A DNA stretch of 64,000 nucleotides from Candidatus Peregrinibacteria bacterium (GTDB taxonomy: Bacteria; Patescibacteriota; Gracilibacteria; Peribacterales; Peribacteraceae). This document shows, one piece after another, positions 45,224 to 53,667 of the stretch (position 1 is the stretch's first letter; each line of letters begins with the position of its first letter). The notes beneath the pieces are model-generated. The model was not told the DNA's origin and searched no databases. It was given only the letters and a program-made list of their open reading frames with translations. A program made the position numbers and the translations under genes. Location: NCBI GenBank assembly GCA_037143575.1, contig JBAWYM010000001.1:8327-72326 (forward strand), given 5' to 3'.

Positions 45224-46258
45224 ATGTACATGACAAAACCATCTAATTTGGAAAATGTAGTTCCGACATCTGCAGATGCAGCACCTCAAGTAGATCACAA
45301 CCGCGGATTGGAACGTCGTGCTGAGACTTTATCGACCATCGCAACTGAAAGACGCAGTGATACACAAGGTATGCTGGAGCGTCCGATGAGTAACAGACTC
45401 GCTCAAGAGCTCGCAGGCATGGCAACGATTACTCCTGTCGAAAGCCCCGAAGATCCTACATTGGAAGTCTTTACCATCAACGTCACTGATCCGGAGAAAT
45501 TCAATTCCAGAGAGAACCATGAACGTATGTTCACTCTCTTCGGGCCAATGCTCTATCGAACATATTATCCTGAAGTGACTCACGTTCCGAAGTTCGATGC
45601 ATGGGAAGATCACGAAGAAGAGGACTTCGGTAGTACAGACATTGGTTCCGCAGACGAGATCACTGTTGCTGCAAAAAATGACAAAGTAAGGTCCCTTGTG
45701 ATGATGAAGAAGGGAGAACCGCTCCCAAGCGGACAGAAAACCGCACTACTGCTCGTCTCTGCCGCACGCGGAAAAAGCAAAGCAAAAATTGCAGAAGACA
45801 TGGTCAATCGTACCTTGAGTAAAAACTACAAAGATACGGTCGTCTTCGCGGGTACCCATGAGCACCCAGCCTTGGTGTCTGCACTCAATATCGCCAACAG
45901 AGAAGACCCCAGTCACCGATTCTTCTTCCGCGGACGGGCAAATGGCGATAAGGACATTCCCGTCAGTCAGGAGGACGTTGCCACATTGGCAGAAGTTAAA
46001 GCGCAATTTACAAAAATGCTCTCACCAGGCGGTTCATTCTATATCGAAGAATCCGATCAAACTGACACAACCGTAAACGATGTAGACTACGGACGCTATG
46101 GCATCCATTGGAACTTCAATATCCATAAAGTTGATGGAGATCAATATCCCGCAGCAAATGAAACGTACAACGAATTGCGTGAACACGTCAGAGCGACCGG
46201 TAAAAAGAAGCATGGTTACTACGGAATGACCGTATGGCTTCCGAATGAGAAAAAATGA
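45224..46258 (+). CDS. Hypothetical protein (344 aa)
   Basis: Clean ORF, relatively A/T-rich. No family recognised. The start may be the second ATG (45230), which lies 6 nt after a TATAGT -10 hexamer. Confidence 0.55.
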   Translation: MYMTKPSNLENVVPTSADAAPQVDHNRGLERRAETLSTIATERRSDTQGMLERPMSNRLAQELAGMATITPVESPEDPTLEVFTINVTDPEKFNSRENHERMFTLFGPMLYRTYYPEVTHVPKFDAWEDHEEEDFGSTDIGSADEITVAAKNDKVRSLVMMKKGEPLPSGQKTALLLVSAARGKSKAKIAEDMVNRTLSKNYKDTVVFAGTHEHPALVSALNIANREDPSHRFFFRGRANGDKDIPVSQEDVATLAEVKAQFTKMLSPGGSFYIEESDQTDTTVNDVDYGRYGIHWNFNIHKVDGDQYPAANETYNELREHVRATGKKKHGYYGMTVWLPNEKK

Positions 46259-46361
46259 AGGATCTGGAGAGAAATAGTTCCTCCCATCCTTTCTCCACGC
46301 TCGTGAGCCGACATCAGGAATTCCTGTATATTCCCTATACACCTCTTCCTGACCTTCTCGC

Positions 46362-47645
46362 ATGCTCCGTATCGCCGCTGTCGAAAGCAGTGAATTGCTC
46401 TTCTCGCCTGCTCAGAAGTCCACGCTGTTTCTCACGTCCCCCGCAAGTCCGTTCCGCTCTCTCCTCCAATCACTCGCGAGCACAGTGAGCGTTCTTGAGT
46501 GGATTTTCCATACGAGGCTCGTCATGGTGGAAGAGGAAGTCCTGCTCCATCCCAAGACCACAGAGCTCCTCCATCAGAAGGATATTCAGGCCATCTGGCT
46601 CAACGACTGGTCGTCCCCGACACTGGAGGAATGGGCTAAGACCAATCACTTCACGCTGCTGTGCAATGCCTTCCGCGATCAGGAGCGACTGGAGAATAAG
46701 CTCTCCTTCGATGCGCTCGCCCGCAAGCATGCTCTTCCAGTTCCCGATGGCTGTACGGTGAAGACGATCGAAGAAGCCAGGAACTCCGGACTCTTCCCCG
46801 GTGTCCTCCAGAAGCCCGAGAGCTTCGGAGCGATGGGAACGTATTTCGTAGGGAATCCAAAAGCGCTGGATGCTCTCGAAAACGTCTTTGACGGCACTCC
46901 CCTCCTCCTCCGGAAATTCGAGAAAGGTCTCCCGATTGGCATCACGGTTCTGGTCGGGCCGAACAGAAGCCTCTTCTCCGCTCTGCGCGTTCAGCTCAAC
47001 TGGATCGACAGCTCAGAGGGCAATGTGCACTACGGCGTGCAGTGGCTTCCCCGCTCCCTCCTTCCATCTGGCGCGGTTGTCGCACTGGAACAGATGCTGC
47101 ATCGCACTGTCACGGCCCTCCGGTCCGAAGGCTTCCAGGGCCTCCTGAGTTTCGACTGCCTCATGACAGCGTCGCAGACACTCCTCATCGAGTGCAATCC
47201 CCGCCACTCCGGCGCGACCCTGCAGCTCAGCGCCCACCCAGAGCTCCTGCATGGACTGGATTATGCCGAGCAGTGCATCCGCGTCTTTTCGCACGACGAT
47301 CCCGCAATCGATGCGCCGACAATTCCAGAGACGATCTTCGAAGGAACCTCGATCGATCTCGATTCCCTTCCGATCGGAAAAGGAGCAGACCTCTCAGCTG
47401 TCCCTCAGAGCGGCTTCTATCAACTGCAATCTGACGGACTTCGAAGAACTGAAAATCAGAGTATTCCTTCCAATTCTCAGAATCTGTTTCTCTGGACACA
47501 GCCACCTGATGAAGAATCGCACTACCGCGGATTCGCCTTTGCCAATCTTCCGCTCACCACACTCTCCGGGCTACGATGCTCCGTGCATCCGCAGGGGCAG
47601 TCGTTCATCGATGCGCTCTCCGCTCTCTTCCGCCGCCAATCATGA
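46362..47645 (+). CDS. ATP-grasp-fold enzyme (unassigned specificity)
   Basis: Central LPVPDG...GVLQKPESFGAMGTYFV and C-terminal LLIECNPRHSGAT resemble ATP-grasp B and C subdomains. Confidence 0.55.
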   Translation: MLRIAAVESSELLFSPAQKSTLFLTSPASPFRSLLQSLASTVSVLEWIFHTRLVMVEEEVLLHPKTTELLHQKDIQAIWLNDWSSPTLEEWAKTNHFTLLCNAFRDQERLENKLSFDALARKHALPVPDGCTVKTIEEARNSGLFPGVLQKPESFGAMGTYFVGNPKALDALENVFDGTPLLLRKFEKGLPIGITVLVGPNRSLFSALRVQLNWIDSSEGNVHYGVQWLPRSLLPSGAVVALEQMLHRTVTALRSEGFQGLLSFDCLMTASQTLLIECNPRHSGATLQLSAHPELLHGLDYAEQCIRVFSHDDPAIDAPTIPETIFEGTSIDLDSLPIGKGADLSAVPQSGFYQLQSDGLRRTENQSIPSNSQNLFLWTQPPDEESHYRGFAFANLPLTTLSGLRCSVHPQGQSFIDALSALFRRQS

Positions 47646-48919
47646 TGCACGATTCCATCGCTCAACGTTTCCCGGACATCGAACGACTCCGACCGATCAT
47701 GCGTGCAATCGCCCAAGACCATCCGACCCCGCTGTACGTTTACGATTCCGACGAAGTCCGGAAGAACTATCGTGCCTTCGTTGCGGCCTTCCAGGCACAG
47801 CACATCCCTATGGACGTCTACTACGCTACGAAGAGCAATCCCTACATCGGTGTGCTCCGGACCGTCGTGGAGGAGGGCGGCGGTCTCGATATCTCGAGCC
47901 CCCGCGAACTCGCCCTGGCGCTGGAGGCAAAGGCGAAACGCATCATTTTCACGGGACCTGCCAAATCCGAAGCGGACTTCCGGGCGATCCTCCCGCTCGC
48001 CGACCGCATCATGGTCAATCTCGAAAGCCTGCGTGAACTGCGTCTCTTGTCCAGGATTGCGAGTGAAGCGGGACAGACGATCCGCTGTGGCGTACGCGTC
48101 TGCTGCAGACATCAGCAACACTGGAAGAAGTTCGGCATCGCACTCGAAACCCTTAGTGCATTTCTGCAGGAAGCACGAACCCTCCCGGGTATCCGCTGCT
48201 GCGGGATCCACTACCACGTGAGCCACGACGGCACACCGGAACGTTCCGTGCAGACCATTGATGAACTCGGAGAGATCCTGAAGCAGGATCTTTCCCCCGA
48301 AGAACTGCAACATTTGGAATATCTGGATATCGGAGGCGGATTTGCCCCACATGAATTTGAGGGAAAGCACTCCTGGAATCCGGAGCAGGAGACACTCCTG
48401 ATTTCCGAAGGACTGGATGTGGAGAATCTTCTCAGAGAGAACATCACTGATCGTTACATCACGGATACCATCGTGCCAATTGAGGAATTTGTTGCGCAAA
48501 TTGGATCGGCGTTGCGACGGAGTATCTTTTCGCTCCAACCGAACATCCACATATTCACAGAACCCGGTCGTTATCTCTGTCACAGCGCGATGCACATGCT
48601 CCTCACCCTCGTCGAAAAGAAGTCGAAGACCATGGGTATCGCCGACGGTGGCGTAAACATGGTCGGCTGGGAGAAATATGAATGCTACTACTACGTGCCG
48701 ATCTTCAACCTCACGCACTTCTCCCTCAATACGGAGATTCCGTTCCTTCTGTACGGTTCACTCTGCACCCCGGACGATGTGTGGGGCTACTCCGTGCACT
48801 GCTCATCTATAAAGGAAGGAGACGTCGTCTGGCTCCCCTACCAGGGTGCGTACACCTTCACGACTGCCGCCACATTCATCCGCGACATTCCTCCGGTGAT
48901 AGATCTCCCGACGAAATAA
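47642..48919 (+). CDS. PLP-dependent decarboxylase, Orn/DAP/Arg decarboxylase family (fold III)
   Basis: YYATKSNP (PLP lysine), YLDIGGGFAP and YGSLCTPDDVW motifs. The start overlaps the upstream stop (ATGA). Confidence 0.8.
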   Translation: MMHDSIAQRFPDIERLRPIMRAIAQDHPTPLYVYDSDEVRKNYRAFVAAFQAQHIPMDVYYATKSNPYIGVLRTVVEEGGGLDISSPRELALALEAKAKRIIFTGPAKSEADFRAILPLADRIMVNLESLRELRLLSRIASEAGQTIRCGVRVCCRHQQHWKKFGIALETLSAFLQEARTLPGIRCCGIHYHVSHDGTPERSVQTIDELGEILKQDLSPEELQHLEYLDIGGGFAPHEFEGKHSWNPEQETLLISEGLDVENLLRENITDRYITDTIVPIEEFVAQIGSALRRSIFSLQPNIHIFTEPGRYLCHSAMHMLLTLVEKKSKTMGIADGGVNMVGWEKYECYYYVPIFNLTHFSLNTEIPFLLYGSLCTPDDVWGYSVHCSSIKEGDVVWLPYQGAYTFTTAATFIRDIPPVIDLPTK

Positions 48920-49021
48920 TTGTTGAACTTTCACGAAGAAATTTTCCGATGACCTGATTCGTTTTTCATTATTCGCGATGAACTTGTTTTTGTTCAATGA
49001 AGTGCATACCCTCCTTGCACA

Positions 49022-50311
49022 ATGACCGACACCCCGAAAAGATTTCTCTTCGTCTCCTACGATGGCTCGACAACCGATCTCGCCTGGACCGTCGCGCAGG
49101 AAGGACATGAGGTTCGCCTCTGTCTGGTGGCGCCGGGTTTCGAGGACGTGGGGAAAGGATTCGTCAATGTGGTTTCTGACTGGAAGAAAAGCGTGGATTG
49201 GGCCGATATCGTCCTTTTCGATTACATCGGCGCGGGAGAAGAAGCGCAAGAAATCCGCAAGAGCGGCAAGCTCTGCATCGGAGGAACGCCGTACACCGAC
49301 CGACTCGAGAATGACCGCACGTTCGGTCAGGAAGAGCTCAAGCGCAACAAAATTCGCATTATTCCCTACCAGGAATTCCATTCCTTCGACGAAGGCATCG
49401 CCTACGTGCAGACGAATCCCGGACGGTATGTCATCAAACCTTCCGGAAGAGCGCAGGATCTCAAGCAGCTGCTCTTCGTCGGGAATGAAGATGACGGAAG
49501 CGATGTCGTCCGCGTGCTCGGGGCCTACCGCGACACGTGGAGCGACACCATCGATATTTTCCAGCTGCAGAAGAAAGTGACGGGCGTGGAAGTGGCGGTC
49601 TGTGCGTTCTTCGATGGAAAGAAATTTGTGCATCCCATCTACGTGAGCTTCGAGCACAAGAAGCTCTTCCCGGGAGAGCTGGGCGTCTCCACCGGAGAAA
49701 TGGGCACGAGCGGCTTCTGGGCTCCCAAGAATCCAATCTTCGAAACCGTGCTCCGCCCCTTCGAGCAGAAGCTCGCCGAGGAGAACTACATCGGATTCAT
49801 CGATGTGAATAGCATCGTCAACGGGTACGGCATCTACCCGCTGGAATTCACCTGCCGCTTCGGCTATCCGCAGATCAGCCTGCAGCAGGAAGGGATCAGC
49901 GAACCGATGGGCACGCTTCTCCTCCGGCTGGCTGCCGGTGAAAGTAATGGCGGTATCAAGGTAAAGCGCGGGTACCAGGTCTGCGCACTGATCGTGGTGC
50001 CCCCGTTCCCCTTCGAAGATCCCAAGACGTTCGAATCCTTCTCGAAGGACGCCGTGGTGGTCTTCAAGAAGAAAATCCCGGACGGCATCCACATCGGTGA
50101 CCTCCGTAAGAAGAATGAGGAATGGCTCATCACCGGAGCGGAGGGGGTAGCACTCGTCGTCTCCGGATCCGGCACAACCATGCGTGATGCACAAAGGCAA
50201 ATGTACGCGCGCATCCAGAATATCCTCATCAGCAATATGTACTACCGCACGGATATCGGTGACCGCTGGATCGACGATAGCGACCGCCTGAATTCTTGGG
50301 GATATTTGTAG
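49022..50311 (+). CDS. PurD-like ATP-grasp ligase paralogue
   Basis: YVIKPSG...LEFTCRFGYPQ parallels IEYNARFGDPEA in the canonical purD at 58356. Otherwise divergent. Confidence 0.65.
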   Translation: MTDTPKRFLFVSYDGSTTDLAWTVAQEGHEVRLCLVAPGFEDVGKGFVNVVSDWKKSVDWADIVLFDYIGAGEEAQEIRKSGKLCIGGTPYTDRLENDRTFGQEELKRNKIRIIPYQEFHSFDEGIAYVQTNPGRYVIKPSGRAQDLKQLLFVGNEDDGSDVVRVLGAYRDTWSDTIDIFQLQKKVTGVEVAVCAFFDGKKFVHPIYVSFEHKKLFPGELGVSTGEMGTSGFWAPKNPIFETVLRPFEQKLAEENYIGFIDVNSIVNGYGIYPLEFTCRFGYPQISLQQEGISEPMGTLLLRLAAGESNGGIKVKRGYQVCALIVVPPFPFEDPKTFESFSKDAVVVFKKKIPDGIHIGDLRKKNEEWLITGAEGVALVVSGSGTTMRDAQRQMYARIQNILISNMYYRTDIGDRWIDDSDRLNSWGYL

Positions 50312-50371
50312 AAACGTCACCACGATCCGGTAAGCACTGAAAGAATGCATACAATTGCCGGTACTGGTCGC

Positions 50372-50401
50372 TTGACTCTCGCGAAGACTGACGATTAGAG
50401 T
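50372..50401 (+). promoter_or_regulatory. Promoter TTGACT-N18-TAGAGT upstream of the first SET gene
   Basis: Read directly from the sequence. 11 nt before ATG 50413. Confidence 0.4.
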
Positions 50402-50412
50402 TCGCACACTTT

Positions 50413-50805
50413 ATGCTTCACATACGATCAACCGGTGAAAAAGGAAACGGCGTTTTTACTACTGCTGCAATCAGCAAAGGTGAAACTATCGAAGAATGCC
50501 CTGTGCTCATCCTTTCTCCCGAAGATACGAAAACACTCGAAAATACTATTCTGGATAATTACCTTTATCTGTGGGGGAAAGATCAATGCTGCATCGTCTT
50601 CGGTTACGGCATGCTTTACAACCACAGTGAACATCCTAATGTCACTGTCCGTGAAGATTTTGCGAACAATCGCTACATCCTCACTGCGCTACGTGACATC
50701 AAACCCAATGAGGAGCTCTGCCATAACTATGCCGATGGTCGTCCTTCTGGCACGACGGTAGTGTTTACAGGTCACGAGTTTGAGTTCATCCACCCCAAAA
50801 GCTGA
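50413..50805 (+). CDS. SET-domain methyltransferase (short form, 130 aa)
   Basis: EKGNGVFT, LYNHSEHPN and NEELCHNY motifs. Confidence 0.75.
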   Translation: MLHIRSTGEKGNGVFTTAAISKGETIEECPVLILSPEDTKTLENTILDNYLYLWGKDQCCIVFGYGMLYNHSEHPNVTVREDFANNRYILTALRDIKPNEELCHNYADGRPSGTTVVFTGHEFEFIHPKS

Positions 50806-50886
50806 CGAAGTCCCGCGAAACCCTCCCGTATCCTTGACACTCCCCACCCCTCCTCAGCACACTGTGGTCCATCTTCCTCCTCATTT

Positions 50887-51453
50887 ATGTACGGAATTAC
50901 CGAACTGAAACCCGGCCGCGCCATCCAGATCGACGGCATCCCTTACCTCATCATCTCCTCGATATTCGGCCGCAAGAGCCAGAGCAAGGCCAACATGCAG
51001 TGCAAGATCAAGAACATGCGCACCGGAGCGGTGATCCCCCGCAACTTCCAGGGAGCAGACATGATAGAGCCTGCAGATGTGGGGTACCGCAAATGCCAGT
51101 TCCTCTTTACCGATGGAGAGCAATTCACCTTCATGGACCTCAATTCCTACGATCAATTTTTTCTCAACAAAGAGACGCTGGGACCGGTAGCGGACTTTCT
51201 CGTGGAAGGCGGCGAAGTGGATGCACTCCTCTTCGAGGACAATCCCATCGGCATCAAGCTCCCATCAACTGTGGATCTGAAGGTGAAGGAGACGATCCCG
51301 GGAGTGAAGGGTGACACCGCAAGCGGCGGAGGCAAGCCTGCCACCATGGAGAGTGGCGTGGTGGTCTCCGTTCCGCTCTTCATCGAAGAAGGCGACATCG
51401 TCCGTGTGAATACGGAAACGGGCGAATATATGAGAAAAGTGGATCAAAAATGA
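50887..51453 (+). CDS. efp: Elongation factor P
   Basis: Full-length EF-P with VKGDTASGGGKPATMESG. The tip loop reads FGRKSQSKA instead of the canonical VKPGKGQA. Confidence 0.9.
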   Translation: MYGITELKPGRAIQIDGIPYLIISSIFGRKSQSKANMQCKIKNMRTGAVIPRNFQGADMIEPADVGYRKCQFLFTDGEQFTFMDLNSYDQFFLNKETLGPVADFLVEGGEVDALLFEDNPIGIKLPSTVDLKVKETIPGVKGDTASGGGKPATMESGVVVSVPLFIEEGDIVRVNTETGEYMRKVDQK

Positions 51454-51474
51454 TCTACCACATGAATTGTTTTA

Positions 51475-51975
51475 CTATTTTTCCTCCGGAAGAATAAATT
51501 TGCGAAAACCCTGAGTGAGAATGCGCACTTCATCCGGGTGGATATCTGCTAAAGTTTTAGCCATCGCGCCTCTGACTTCTTTAGGAATTTTTGTTGTAGC
51601 ATCACCATCGAACTCAAAATAATTACAATTGATTTCGCGACCCTTTGGAATAAATTTCCTTGCAACAGTAATACCCTCTGGGTGAGCAGCATCATTTTTT
51701 TGAATCGTATTGGAATCCTGTGCATGATTCATCATTTGCGCAGCCGCATCGCAGAAAACATATCCACGCTGGGATCTGTACGCGTGCACATCGAGATCTT
51801 CCTTCTCTTGTTTGGATAAATTGGCAACTGCATCGAGGGGAATGAGCCTGTCAATTCCCTCTCGGAATCTCCACACAATCGTGCCTGGATAAATATCTTC
51901 ATCTGCAATCAATCCTTGTCCTGCACCCGGTATTTCACTTGGTCCTACGTGTGCTTTCACTGTAATCATAAGCAT
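51475..51975 (-). CDS. SET-domain methyltransferase (short form, ~166 aa)
   Basis: GAGQGLIA, MMNHAQDSN and GREINCNYF motifs. The start is taken at ATG 51975 (or 51969). The longer ORF is antisense to the next SET gene. Confidence 0.7.
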   Translation of the reverse strand: MLMITVKAHVGPSEIPGAGQGLIADEDIYPGTIVWRFREGIDRLIPLDAVANLSKQEKEDLDVHAYRSQRGYVFCDAAAQMMNHAQDSNTIQKNDAAHPEGITVARKFIPKGREINCNYFEFDGDATTKIPKEVRGAMAKTLADIHPDEVRILTQGFRKFILPEEK

Positions 51976-52050
51976 ATTATAGATTATTATGCTATTATAG
52001 TCAATTTCCTTCAATTGCAAACAGATTTCATCTCCATAAGCTGTGCGCAA

Positions 52051-52626
52051 ATGATCGAACTCTTCTCCGGGTCTACGACTCACAAAGGAACAGGACTCTT
52101 CACCCGTCACGCTCTCGCCAAAGACGACATCCTCCTCGAGATGCAGGGCCCGCGTCTCAATTTCGCAGAGCTCGTCGTCTCTCCGTACTACGCCGTGGAT
52201 CACTACTTCCAGATCGCTGCGGACGAATATATCGGATCCTCTGGTGGCCTGGATGATCTCATCAACCACTCCTGCGAACCCAATTGCGGCATACGCGAGA
52301 AGGATGGCCGGTTTTTCCTGTGCGCCATTCGCGACCTGCCCGCAGGTACAGAAATCTCCTTCGACTACTCCACGGTGATGAATGACGGCAGCTACAAAAT
52401 GGACTGCGCGTGCGGCAGCCCCGTTTGTCGGCGCGTCGTCGGAGACTTCCGGGATCTTCCCGAGCACCTCATGATCAAGTACCTCGGCCTCGGCATTGTC
52501 CTGCCCTACATCGCCAAGGATTTCGGCCACCTCAACGTTCCTGCTCCGGAAGTCGAGCGTGAACTCGTGCCGGTAAGAGCCCGGAAGAAGAAGCAGACGA
52601 TGCGCCTGCAGCCGGCCATGGTCTGA
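52051..52626 (+). CDS. SET-domain methyltransferase with post-SET Cys motif (191 aa)
   Basis: HKGTGLFT, LINHSCEPNC, GTEISFDY and CACGSPVC motifs. Basic C-terminal tail. Confidence 0.8.
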   Translation: MIELFSGSTTHKGTGLFTRHALAKDDILLEMQGPRLNFAELVVSPYYAVDHYFQIAADEYIGSSGGLDDLINHSCEPNCGIREKDGRFFLCAIRDLPAGTEISFDYSTVMNDGSYKMDCACGSPVCRRVVGDFRDLPEHLMIKYLGLGIVLPYIAKDFGHLNVPAPEVERELVPVRARKKKQTMRLQPAMV

Positions 52627-52892
52627 ACTGATCAGTGCAGATCACCACATCCGATTTTTACGATAGCTTTGTCTTCATCGATAAATGTTCTTTCTCGGAT
52701 TACACAAATTCATTTTCCTTCCCGAAGTCGGTCGAATGGTTGTTCGGTGCATCTATCAGGACTGATCACGATGATGCGTTCTCATTTTCCGTTGCGAATA
52801 CCAACCAGCGAACTTCAATCAAAATACGACATCCAAAAAGTACAACCCATCTTTATTGCATCGTGGGATGAGATTACTACAATTCGCCGCAA

Positions 52893-53462
52893 ATGAATGA
52901 ACTGTACTTGGGCGCTACCGCCCACAAAGGAAATGGAGTCTTCTCGTCATCGGATATCCAGAGCGGAGACCTCATCATGGAGTTCACCGGCCCCCTCGTC
53001 ACTCGCAGTGAACTTCCCCAGCCGTACTCTTCCGTACTCGACCACTACACACAGGTGGACGAGGATTTGTACATGGGACCGTCTGGCGATCTGGATGACA
53101 TCATCAATCACTCGTGCAATCCCAACTGTGGACTCCGGGAAGAGGACGGCCGCCTGATGTGCTACGCCATCCGCGATATCGCGCAGGGCCAGGAACTGAG
53201 CTGGGACTACTCCACTATGCAGCAGAGCGGCTGGTGGGAAATGGACTGCCTGTGCGGGAGCGTGCTGTGCCGCGGTCGTATTGCGGACTTCCAGGATCTG
53301 CCCACATTCATCCGCCGCAAGTACCTGGACCTCCGGATCGTTGCACCCTACATCGCCAAGCAGTACGAGGAAGCACCGGTCCATGTTCGCCCGAAGCGTC
53401 GTGCTGTCCCGTCACGCAGGATGCACCTGCCACTGATCGGTCAGGGAGCGGTGATGGCGTGA
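52893..53462 (+). CDS. SET-domain methyltransferase with post-SET Cys motif (189 aa), tandem paralogue
   Basis: HKGNGVFS, IINHSCNPNC, GQELSWDY and CLCGSVLC motifs. Roughly half the residues are identical to 52051-52626 by eye. Confidence 0.8.
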   Translation: MNELYLGATAHKGNGVFSSSDIQSGDLIMEFTGPLVTRSELPQPYSSVLDHYTQVDEDLYMGPSGDLDDIINHSCNPNCGLREEDGRLMCYAIRDIAQGQELSWDYSTMQQSGWWEMDCLCGSVLCRGRIADFQDLPTFIRRKYLDLRIVAPYIAKQYEEAPVHVRPKRRAVPSRRMHLPLIGQGAVMA

Positions 53463-53482
53463 ACGAGCGGTGAGCGGATAAA

Positions 53483-53599
53483 GTGTCATCCTGAGGAGGA
53501 GCGCCGCAGCGCGACGTCTCGAAGGAGGACACGTCTTCGAGTATGCTTCGAGACGTCCTTCGCTTCGCTGCGCTCGCTCAGGACTCCTCAGCATGACAC
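53483..53599. repeat. Long nested palindrome (~117 nt) of the REP-like family
   Basis: Outer arms GTGTCATCCTGAGGAG / CTCCTCAGCATGACAC enclose inner arms GAGCGCCGCAGCG / CGCTGCGCTCGCTC and a central hairpin. Confidence 0.8.
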
Positions 53600-53667
53600 T
53601 CAGAACAGAATGACTGTGAAATCATTTTCAATTTATCCATTTTCCATTCGCCGTTATACTTCCCCCA

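Noticed and set aside
47522-50407. Long minus-strand ORFs (47522-48718, 398 aa; 48803-50407, 534 aa).
   Set aside because: They are antisense to the PLP decarboxylase and the PurD-like ligase, both of which carry clear family motifs. The antisense translations have none. The same reasoning applies to 56787-58058 (antisense to purF), 17115-18038 (antisense to pyk) and 4707-5531 (antisense to pyrH).
51976-52530. The N-terminal 185 codons of the 351-aa minus-strand ORF 51475-52530.
   Set aside because: This part is antisense to the plus-strand SET gene 52051-52626 and has no motifs. The SET domain of the minus-strand gene begins only at the internal Met at 51975 or 51969.
52635-52871. A 78-aa ORF (GTG start) between the two long SET genes.
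   Set aside because: It has no recognisable motif, lies in an A/T-rich spacer and has an alternative overlapping frame (52669-52896). I cannot support it as a gene from sequence alone, but a small protein is not excluded.
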